Shown here piece after piece: positions 52,016-60,867 of a stretch of DNA of 64,000 nucleotides (the first letter of the stretch is position 1; each line of letters starts with the position of its first letter). The translations under genes were made by a program, and so were the position numbers. Below the pieces are notes generated by a model that was given only the letters and a program-made list of their open reading frames with translations, searched no databases and was not told where the DNA came from. Source of the DNA: Cyanidioschyzon merolae (Eukaryota); the NCBI GenBank assembly GCA_000091205.1, contig AP006493.2. The stretch is one strand, 5' to 3'.

Positions 52016-54466
52016 ATGCAGTGCGTTTCCTGCAGCGCCAGAGTCCGAGTTACAACCCAGGCGTACCCAGCGAGGCTTTCAGCGTGGGTTGTTTCCGCGA
52101 AGGCACCAGCGCTAACGCATTCACGAGGCGAACGCCCAAACTGCTGTGCAGCGAACGTTGACCGCTGCAATGTGTCGCGAAGTGGCACGAAACCTTGCTC
52201 AGCAAGGCACATCTTTTCCGGGCAGTTTGCTCCTCGGCGGCGCTTGGCGCTACCTGGGACCTCGCGAGTGAACACTGGTCGTTGCACGGCGTTTACCTTG
52301 CGGAACCTGGTGAGCGAGAGTGGTGGCACTGCGTTTGCGCTGCGGGACGCACTTGAACTGCTTGCGGCGACGGTGTTGACGATTCCCGTGTTCAAGAAAC
52401 TCCGTTTGTCGCCCATACTAGGTTTCCTGCTTGCTGGTGTTATCTTGGGGCCGCACGGACTGCGCCTCGTCCGTGATGTGGAGGATATCACGGCGCTTGC
52501 TGACTTTGGTGTCCTATTCTTATTGTTTGAAATGGGCCTTGAACTGTCCTTGAAACGACTGCGCGTGCTGCGCAAGTACGTCTTCGGATTCGGAACCCTG
52601 CAAATGGCGATGACAACGGCAATACTCGGGCTCGGTGCATACTTGGTTGGTGGCGACGGTGTCAGTTGGCAAGAGGCGACCGTTATTGGCGGGGCGCTCT
52701 CGCTGTCGTCTTCCGCCTTCGTCCTGCGGCTTCTACAGGAGCGTGGAGAGCAGAACTCCCGAATTGGTTTGGCTACGTTCGGGGTGCTCCTTTTTCAGGA
52801 TCTTGCGGTGATTCCGCTCCTCGTGCTGCTGCCGTTGTTGTCTGATCTAGGCGAAGTCGCTGAAAGCATGGGCACTCCGAGTGGATTCTGGCACGAGTTG
52901 CAGCAGATATCGGAGCAACTCGGTTTGACTGTAATCAAGGCGATTGGCGGTCTCGCAGCGCTCGTTCTTGTGGGCGGGGCGGCGTTGCGCTTCATTTTCG
53001 ATCTCGTGAAGGAGTCCAAGTCTCCGGAAACTTTCACAGCGATGGTCTTGCTCACGGTACTGGGGACGGCTTGGGTGACAGACCACATGGGCTTGTCGAT
53101 GACGCTGGGAGCATTCATGTCAGGTGTGCTCCTCTCGGAGAGCGACTATCGAAACGAGATTTCTGTGGATGTAGAGCCGTTCCGCGGAATGCTCCTAGGC
53201 TTATTCTTTATCACGACCGGCATGTCTGCTGATCTGAATCTTTTCTGGCAGGAGCCGCTGCTTCTAACTGCGCTAATTGCAACACTGCTCGTGGCAAAGT
53301 CGTCGATCGCGACGCTCGTGGGGCGTCCTTTTCTCCCGACCTGGTCGGAGGCGGCACGAGTTGGTCTGCTTCTCGGACAGGGAGGTGAGTTCGCCTTTGT
53401 CGCGTTTGCATTGGCGAAACGTTTGGGATATCTGCCGGAACCCGTGAACGCACTTCTGATTGATGCGGTCGTAGCATCGATGGCCTTGACACCGGCTCTG
53501 GCAGAGGTTGGCGCCCGCCTCTTCCGTCCTTCGGGTTCGGCTGCAAACGCGCCAGAAAAGCCTGCCATGGAAGCAGACATTTCAGCTACCGCAAAAGGCG
53601 ACCACGCTCCGGAGACGGAGGAGCAGGCCGCCATGGCGCCTGTGCCCTCCGACAGCGACACCGCCGTCGTTGCTGCAAGTGCGGTACCGTCTGAGTCCAC
53701 ACAGACGCTGCCGGGAGATGTGGTCGACGCAAATACTATACCAGGACCCGAGGAACTGAAGGCGATCATCCCTGGTGATCATGCCCTCAACGATATGGTT
53801 GTCATTTGTGGCTATGGCTTGGCCGGACGGATTGTCAGCTGTATGCTGGCAAAGAAAATTATACCCTACATCGCCTTTGATCGTGATGCACTCGTCGTGA
53901 GGCGCGCCGTAGAGCTCAGCGTTCCCTGTGTCTGTGCAGACGTTCGAAATGTAGATGCGCTGCGGGCAATGGGGATTGTAGCGCCTGCCGCTTTCGTGAT
54001 CACCTTCCATGGGAGTCACTTTATGGACACCAAGGATTTTCGTGAAACAATTGAAACGATTCGAAATGCTTTTCGTGAGATTCCGATTTTTGCCCGGGCA
54101 CGCAATCTCGAAGAGCGACGCTACCTCGAAAGCATTGGGGTGCACGCATCCTTTCCGGAGAGTTTCGAGACGAGCCTCTTTCTCGGCCGCGAAGTGCTCA
54201 AATCGTTCACTCGTCGCGAGGCTGAAGTCGAAGCCATTGTCACTGAGATACGACGCAACGAGCAGCTTCGGGAGGAGTTTCAGCAATGGGAAATCTGGCA
54301 CAACGCCGCACTGAGCCGCCGTTCTGCTGAGGCGGCCATCGCGAGCTGGCCAACTGCTGCTCCCGAATCGCCGACTCTGGACCACAACGGGACATCTAAT
54401 GGAACCGTAACGGATCCGAGTTCACGAGAAGCTCAAACCGCAGAGGAAGCTCGGCACAGTCGCTGA
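52016..54466 (+). CDS. KEA/KefB-type K+(cation)/H+ antiporter (CPA2 transporter domain + KTN/TrkA-N regulatory domain) with a Ser/Arg/Ala-rich N-terminal presequence
   Basis: 816-aa ORF. CPA2 membrane domain 'LELLAATVLTIPVFKKLRLSPILGFLLAGVILGPHGL...DFGVLFLLFEMGLELSL...IGGALSLSSSAFVL..LGLFFITTGMS'. KTN/Rossmann domain 'HALNDMVVICGYGLAGRIVSCMLAKKIIPYIAFDRDALVV...CADVRNVDALRAMGI'. The first ~100 aa are rich in S/R/A/C without acidic residues, typical of an organellar transit peptide. Confidence 0.8.
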   Translation: MQCVSCSARVRVTTQAYPARLSAWVVSAKAPALTHSRGERPNCCAANVDRCNVSRSGTKPCSARHIFSGQFAPRRRLALPGTSRVNTGRCTAFTLRNLVSESGGTAFALRDALELLAATVLTIPVFKKLRLSPILGFLLAGVILGPHGLRLVRDVEDITALADFGVLFLLFEMGLELSLKRLRVLRKYVFGFGTLQMAMTTAILGLGAYLVGGDGVSWQEATVIGGALSLSSSAFVLRLLQERGEQNSRIGLATFGVLLFQDLAVIPLLVLLPLLSDLGEVAESMGTPSGFWHELQQISEQLGLTVIKAIGGLAALVLVGGAALRFIFDLVKESKSPETFTAMVLLTVLGTAWVTDHMGLSMTLGAFMSGVLLSESDYRNEISVDVEPFRGMLLGLFFITTGMSADLNLFWQEPLLLTALIATLLVAKSSIATLVGRPFLPTWSEAARVGLLLGQGGEFAFVAFALAKRLGYLPEPVNALLIDAVVASMALTPALAEVGARLFRPSGSAANAPEKPAMEADISATAKGDHAPETEEQAAMAPVPSDSDTAVVAASAVPSESTQTLPGDVVDANTIPGPEELKAIIPGDHALNDMVVICGYGLAGRIVSCMLAKKIIPYIAFDRDALVVRRAVELSVPCVCADVRNVDALRAMGIVAPAAFVITFHGSHFMDTKDFRETIETIRNAFREIPIFARARNLEERRYLESIGVHASFPESFETSLFLGREVLKSFTRREAEVEAIVTEIRRNEQLREEFQQWEIWHNAALSRRSAEAAIASWPTAAPESPTLDHNGTSNGTVTDPSSREAQTAEEARHSR

Positions 54467-55309
54467 TGCAACGCTCCTAGGCGATGTGGCAGCGGACTCG
54501 CGCCACCGCCAAGGCAGTCTGGAGTATACGCTGTGCCAGTGCCGAACTCATTGCGATGTGCAAAAGCCGTCACATCGCGTAAGGACTCGCTAACTTGTAC
54601 TGCTACGCGATCGAGTAAGCAGCCAGAATAGCACCGCACGCATGTTCCCGCTGGTGACGGAGCAGATGTCGTGCGGAATATATGCAACAGTGCGGTACAG
54701 TCGGCGTGCGAACGGCGAACTTGGGCGCACGACTGCTCCAGAATGGGAACCGAACGTGTCGCCCGCAGGGCCGCGGCGGAGTCGGAGCGGAGTCCTCAGA
54801 CAGAGCGACAGGCGTGCCCGTGAGGCAGCCAAGCGCATAGACTTTGCTGATTTGCGAAACGCAGAACATTACCATACCGTATCGAGATTGAATACGCACT
54901 TGTTTCCGATGCTCACGAGATGAGCTCACATGATCATTTGCGTATAGCCTACTGATCGAGGTCAGAGAGATCGTGCTTCAGGGTCTCGGGGCATGGATCG
55001 TTTTTGAAAACGACGCAAACGGTCGGCTCTTGATCTCTGTCTTTTCTAACCTAATATCGCAACGCGAAATAGTCTTGAACTTCTGGAGAGCACACTGCCT
55101 CTACCAATGCACGGGGAGCATCAAGCGATGCACCCGATCTGCCAGAGGCGCGCTACTCGACTCAGGTCGTGTGCGCGAGTTCCTCATACTTTCCAGGGAT
55201 GCGACGTCTACCAGACACGCGCTGTTCAATAGAAATCCTGCCGGTATGCCGTGCAAGCTGTTCGTGACGCTCACACTCCGGCACAGATGTGTGAAAGTTG
55301 CCGCTGCGC

Positions 55310-56149
55310 TCACAAATCGGAGACGACGCGCGTTACTTGAACGTATTTGCGCAGCTCTTGTGCAAGGACAGCTGTCGTGCCACGCGCGAACACGTGCCCT
55401 GTAGGTTTTCGGTAAACACGAACGTTTTCCTTCGCATAGCCCCGCAGGTAATCGACTGCCCTGCCACCGTTCTTCACGACACACAGGTCAACATTAGAAC
55501 CGGAGCCCAGGTCGTTCTCGATTCCCGCCGAGATCGCTTCGTATACAAGACATTTTGCCTCTTCTTCAGTGAGCGCTTCATGCCAACGCGCTTCAAACAC
55601 AGCCATTGCCGCTAGCGAGCCACTACCCATTGATACATAGGGCAACTGGTCAACGCTTCCGTGCGGGTATACCGTGTACAGCGAAGGGCCATTCAGCTCG
55701 TCAACTCCACCTAGAACAAGCGCCGCGGATATGTATCCTTGGTAGCGAAATAAGTAGTGTTTTAATCTCGTCATTGCAGCGGCCACCGGAACCAAGTCGC
55801 GATCGACGGCCTGCCGGTGCAGCTCCATTTGGCTCGCGATCAACTGCGTCGTGGCTTCCGTGTCCGCAGCCGTTCCAGCTCCACAGCAGTAAATATTTGA
55901 TGCTATGTAGTGAATCTTGCTGCAGTTTTTATCAGCCACAACGTTTCCTTCCGTCGCGCGCGTGTCTGCTCCGAGCACGACACCGCCAGCGAAGAGTACG
56001 CCAGCAATGGTCGTCCCGGTTTTGCGTGGCGGCTTTGCCAGGACGTTTTCGATCCTCTCCTTGGATTCGTTAGACCAGCGTCTTAAAAGCTGCTGGTTGC
56101 GCAGAAACAAGTCAAAACTAAATCCCTGGAAGTCCTGCTCGAGAAGCAT
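55310..56149 (-). CDS. PSMB7: Proteasome subunit beta type-2 (beta-2, trypsin-like; PSMB7/PUP1 orthologue) with propeptide
   Basis: 279-aa ORF. '[67 protein letters not shown]' is near-identical to human PSMB7 ('[59 protein letters not shown]'). The catalytic Thr follows a Gly-Thr cleavage site. Confidence 0.9.
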   Translation of the reverse strand: MLLEQDFQGFSFDLFLRNQQLLRRWSNESKERIENVLAKPPRKTGTTIAGVLFAGGVVLGADTRATEGNVVADKNCSKIHYIASNIYCCGAGTAADTEATTQLIASQMELHRQAVDRDLVPVAAAMTRLKHYLFRYQGYISAALVLGGVDELNGPSLYTVYPHGSVDQLPYVSMGSGSLAAMAVFEARWHEALTEEEAKCLVYEAISAGIENDLGSGSNVDLCVVKNGGRAVDYLRGYAKENVRVYRKPTGHVFARGTTAVLAQELRKYVQVTRVVSDL

Positions 56150-56521
56150 GTTTAGCAGGCAAAGAGAAACGGGTCAAGAACTGCGCTGAGGCGCACTCCT
56201 AACGCGGATGTGTGCGTTTGCAGGACGCTGCACGGATGCGTAGATTCAGCTGGAGCTTTTCGGGTCGCTCTGTTTCAACCCGTCCCAAATATGCATCATT
56301 GGGTCATGATTTCCGTCTGAGGATGCCCTGGATGCGATAGGAACGAATCAGTATAAATTATTCCTAAATGGTATCTTACTGCCATCTGTGCATTGCACGC
56401 GAACAGAGACCTCTGCGCTGCAGGCACAGGCGACTGTCGCCGTTTTGCGATCGCCTCCGACCGAGGCCAGGAATTTAGGCGCCCTCAGCGCGATCCGAGC
56501 GCATTCGCCGAATAGCGCATT

Positions 56522-56548
56522 AGATGGATGGATGGATGGATGGATGGT
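56522..56548. repeat. (GGAT)6 tetranucleotide microsatellite
   Basis: 'gatggatggatggatggatggatgg', about 370 bp upstream of the proteasome beta-2 start on the minus strand. Confidence 0.9.
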
Positions 56549-57103
56549 GAGCGGGTCCACCTCGGCAGTGGGCTTGCGAAGGGCACGATGCATCCGAGTG
56601 ATCGTCTTGCCAGACTTGTTTTTTATACGGTGAGCGCTGGAACACTTGCATCCACGGTGCTGCTCACACCTCTAGTCCAGCACCGTCGACGCCGACGCAA
56701 GGCGCGCGAAGCAGAGCGCCTCGAGCGTTGACTTTGCTATTCGTGGTGGGGAGGCGTAGCCTCGGGGGACGCAAAGCGCACACCTGAAACGCTTCTGCAA
56801 GTAAATGGTTCCAGCGCAGTGTCAAGTTGCACGACACCGGAACGCAGCTGTGGCAGGAGCAGGTCGCGGTAGCGTTGTCCGAGGTACGGGCACGGCTTGT
56901 CGCTTGAACTACCCCAGTGAATGAGATTGTGAGAGCCCGCTGCGCACGCACCGGTAAAACGGTTGCGCTCCACTACTAAAGCGGGAAACAGTTAGGTGCA
57001 AGATCGACGCAAAATTACGCTTCACGTTTAGGACTGGAGGAGCTGCGTCAGCTGCTCTGCTCCGCCGGCCTGCCACACAACGGATGCTGGTCGTGTAATC
57101 GGT

Positions 57104-58441
57104 TTAGGCCGTTTTCTGTGCTTTGCGAACGGCGTTATCAACGGCGCGCTCATTCATTTCCTCTTCGCCGCAGGATACAGTGTACACCCAGAGATCTCCG
57201 ACTTGCCGAACTGCGACGCAGTTGCATCCTATGCGCCAGATCGCCTGGAGAATTGGTGTAGGATCATACAGATAATGTTCGGGAAAAGCCTTCTTGAGAG
57301 CCTCTGTGGCTTTCTTACCATGGTAATGGGGTATTCTCGAGCATACGTGATGCACCACGTGCGTAGTCCCGATGTGATGGTGCAAAAAGTCGATGAGCTT
57401 TGGATACGGCCGGTCGACAGTCAGCAGCGCGCCCTTGTTCCAGCTCCAGTGCTGCGAGTCATAGTGCGGAATATCCACGTCCGTGTGCTGAAGCCATGTA
57501 TATAGTACAAGCCACATGTTTGTGACCAAATATGGCAAGCCGTACACAACGCAAACGCGCACCGGCCCGTCGTATTGGGCCCAGCTATAGAGTAGCCCTA
57601 GCGTCGCCAGTACCCCCAGATCTGAGGCTAGCACTCTGAGCTTCCATCGCCAACCGGGATACAGCGATACTGGTCTCGGCAAGGTCTCGTTCACAGATTG
57701 CAGCTCACCTTGTCCAAACGAGAACGGTATAAAGTGATTGGTCAGGCCACGAACTGGCCCGCCCGTGGCACCGTACAAAAGATATGCTGGCCAACCCAGG
57801 ACCAAATGCATGAAAACGTTGAGGGCTCCAAAAGCATCATCTCCAATCCAGTGCATGATGCGTAGATTTGTCTTCCCTGAAACACTATTTGCGGTATGCG
57901 GAACGTGCGTCTCGCCCTCATCCAAATGGTTTGTACGGGCATGATGCACTGCATGAGAGCGTTGCCAACTGAAGTAAGGCACCAACAAGCTTGAATGGAG
58001 CACAAATCCGATCAGATCCTGCAGCCATGCCGCCGAGCAGAATGCACCGTGCCCACACTCGTGTGCGATGACCCAGACGCCGGTGGCGATCGTTCCGGTT
58101 ACCGCAGCGTATAGCGCCCAGAGCACGAGCATGCCAACTTTGGCCAGCGACGCCCAGCCCGCCATACGCGACACTACGCCGACCTGGAGGTTCCATAGAT
58201 ACGTGTATCCAAACCAGCCACAGGCAAGCGTCAGCAACACAGACATGGCCGCGTATGCCGACGAGCGCACGAAGGAGCGTTCGTAGCACTCGTCCGGAAT
58301 GGCGGCCAGCAGCGCCTTGACCGAAGGAAACTCCCGATTCGTAATCATCGCCTGATGACCAGTCCCTCCAAGAACAGATACGTCCGTCAGCACCTTGTCA
58401 CAAGCCTGGGCGTCAGAACGGGCCTGGTCCGACGCGCACAT
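57104..58441 (-). CDS. FAD2: Delta-12 (omega-6) fatty-acid desaturase, FAD2-type membrane desaturase
   Basis: Three His boxes: 'HECGHGAF', 'WQRSHAVHHARTNH', 'HHIGTTHVVHH'. FAD2-like N-terminal block 'FPSVKALLAAIPDECYERSFVRSSAYA' (compare plant '[23 protein letters not shown]'). The full six-frame ORF runs 57104..58822 (572 aa), but its first ~130-160 aa have no desaturase homology. The true start is probably an internal Met (about 58441 or about 58348). Confidence 0.85.
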   Translation of the reverse strand: MCASDQARSDAQACDKVLTDVSVLGGTGHQAMITNREFPSVKALLAAIPDECYERSFVRSSAYAAMSVLLTLACGWFGYTYLWNLQVGVVSRMAGWASLAKVGMLVLWALYAAVTGTIATGVWVIAHECGHGAFCSAAWLQDLIGFVLHSSLLVPYFSWQRSHAVHHARTNHLDEGETHVPHTANSVSGKTNLRIMHWIGDDAFGALNVFMHLVLGWPAYLLYGATGGPVRGLTNHFIPFSFGQGELQSVNETLPRPVSLYPGWRWKLRVLASDLGVLATLGLLYSWAQYDGPVRVCVVYGLPYLVTNMWLVLYTWLQHTDVDIPHYDSQHWSWNKGALLTVDRPYPKLIDFLHHHIGTTHVVHHVCSRIPHYHGKKATEALKKAFPEHYLYDPTPILQAIWRIGCNCVAVRQVGDLWVYTVSCGEEEMNERAVDNAVRKAQKTA

Positions 58442-59262
58442 CGTACCGCACGCAGTGCTGGCGTGCGGGCAAGCGTCAGCCACACCGCCAGTCCGCCCTG
58501 AGCATCCAACGGAAAAACACCGTTTTGCCTCTGGTGTACCTTGTTTTACAGTATCATTCGACTTTTCGCCTCTGATTCGACTTTCATATATGCTTGTATT
58601 CATAGATGGCGCCGCTGTGTTTCCAAACAACTCCAACTTTACAGTGTGAAAATACGAAAAGCTTCTAGGGCGAAGAGCGCGCTCGACGGCTGAACGTATC
58701 GATCGATCGACCGGATCCGTGGCGAGGATGCCGCGGCCGCTCAGGGCGCCGCATCGCCGCAGAAAGCACGACGAGATGAGCGCGCGCGCGCTCCGGCGGA
58801 TCATCACGCCGTACCGCGACACGACGCTCGAACGAATGCGTACGCTGCGGCTTGCGCACGCGGTAGCATTCTAGGCGGGCAGCAGCGGGATCTCTGCCGC
58901 GTGCGAAGGGCAATCGCAGCGCGATGTGGTGCGCTCGATGATGCTGGGGCGTGCTGTCGATATCCTCCCATCAGATACAGAAAGGTATGATATTAGATGC
59001 GGCCTGTTCGGTGAACCGCTCGGACGACGCGCGCACGCCCGCTGCGTCATCGATGCGTCGGTGTGCGGGAGCGGCGCGCGTTGCTTGCATTCCTCGACGC
59101 TAGGCACCGTGTGCAAGTGCCCGAAGAAAGCCGTCGTTGTCGACTGGTGGCTTGTTAGAGCGGAGCGTCGCAGCTCGTGCGTCTGCAGCGACTCTCGTTG
59201 TTACTGGGACGACCTTGGGAAGCGACATGGTTTGCGGGTTCCCAAACTAGGGTTCTATTCGT

Positions 59263-60318
59263 TTGCAGATTCAATCTTCGTTCAGGATGACGAACATTTG
59301 TTTCATAGACCAGGGGCTGCTGCTTCGGAAACGAGGATTTTCCTGTCGTCGCTGTAGCGTCTGCTGCGACACACAGCGTCGTGCTCGCTTGGGCGCGTTG
59401 CCGCGCAGAGCTGGTGCCTCTCGGCTCGTGAATAGCAGCATACAGGTAACTGCTGAGTACGCCCAAGCGTTAGCTCAAGCGAATGAGCTCTTCAATCTGT
59501 ACAATGCGGACGTACCGTGGCCATGGTTCATACGCGGCGTCGTCCACTTGCAGCATAATCGCGCGGCGCTAGCGGTAGCTGATCTTGAGCGAGCGCTTCT
59601 CATGGGTTTTCGGGGTTCCGAGGTGCGTATTTTCGCAGCGGCCGCGCTATTCCGTGCCGGCAAGGTTTCAGACGCCGTTACATACTATCTAGAAGTCATG
59701 CGAAATGAGATCGGGAGTGTAGGGAACCCATTGGCCGAGCCGAATGAGCTGCGAAAGCTCATAGGTCCCTATATTCCGCTGTGGAAACCACCGGGAAAGC
59801 TCTTTCAGCAGGCAGTGTGTTTCTATTGCGCCCGCAGGTTTGAGGACGCGTTCCAGGCCCTGGATAAAGTTGTTGCGCTCGGTCGGGACTACATCTACGC
59901 TGGCAACGAAGACACTGGAGATCCCCTGACCTGGGAGCACGTTTTGTGGCGGATAGCATCGTACCGTCGGCTCAAGGGACAAACGCCAATACTATCACAG
60001 AGCGAGCTCGCGGCCGTTCCAACAAGTGATATACCTCTGTCTCTGATCGACTTGTACAGGACGAATGACGTTGCGGTTGAGGAAGCGCTCTGCCAGCACG
60101 AAAGCGAAATAGCGACATTGAGCGACCAGATTCGCTTCCAGTTCTATCGTGGTCTCTTCTGGCAGCATCGCACCGATTCTCAGTTGCATCAGCGAGCGCT
60201 TCGCCATTTCGAGCAGGTCGCGAAACAGATACCTGACGAAAACACCCTGGATTCTCTCGATGATTCGGCGGCTTTTCTGGTGGATGTCACCCGCATCATG
60301 CTCCATCGAACGTTGTAA
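59263..60318 (+). CDS. Hypothetical protein, possibly TPR-like helical repeat protein (351-aa ORF)
   Basis: ORF fills the gap between two confident minus-strand genes. Helical repeat-like segments ('AEYAQALAQANELFNLYNADVPWPWFIRGVVHLQHNRAALAVADLERALLMG', 'FRAGKVSDAVTYYLEVM', 'AFQALDKVVALGRDYIYAG'). No confident family assignment, and the start is uncertain. Confidence 0.4.
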   Translation: MQIQSSFRMTNICFIDQGLLLRKRGFSCRRCSVCCDTQRRARLGALPRRAGASRLVNSSIQVTAEYAQALAQANELFNLYNADVPWPWFIRGVVHLQHNRAALAVADLERALLMGFRGSEVRIFAAAALFRAGKVSDAVTYYLEVMRNEIGSVGNPLAEPNELRKLIGPYIPLWKPPGKLFQQAVCFYCARRFEDAFQALDKVVALGRDYIYAGNEDTGDPLTWEHVLWRIASYRRLKGQTPILSQSELAAVPTSDIPLSLIDLYRTNDVAVEEALCQHESEIATLSDQIRFQFYRGLFWQHRTDSQLHQRALRHFEQVAKQIPDENTLDSLDDSAAFLVDVTRIMLHRTL

Positions 60319-60867
60319 TTAGACGTGGGCCATCATCATCCGATATATTTGCGTACAGCAGCGCTTTATATGTGAGAGAATGTTTTGTTGCGCTTCCGCT
60401 GCGCGTCGTATGGGCAACGCAAGATTCTGGCCAACAGAGTTGCCAGCAAACCTTGCAATAACCTCTAGACCGCCAGTGCCGATTCCCCTGTTGTCCGAGG
60501 AACAAAAACAGGCGGACAACTGGTGACCCTCAAAGCGTATGAACGAGCCCAGGGATGCGCCTCGAGATACAGTGAATAAGCGCGTACCACGTTTTTAAAT
60601 GCCGCTCTCCGGAACTGATCGAGGATCGATATGACCAGGAAAGAACGATGCACACACGTCTTCATGTATCTGGGCTGCAGTGTCGTGCGCGGTATTCTAC
60701 GCTCCTCTTCGAGGCCATACGCGCGATAATACCCCCAGTGCATGAATGCGTCTTCTGCGTCGTACGTGCCACGTCTTGGATGATGGCTCGTGCGATTCAG
60801 CAATGCCCTGTGAGACGCGCATGCACGCATGCATGCAGTCGTGCATGTACCAGGGGCTTAGTGAGCC

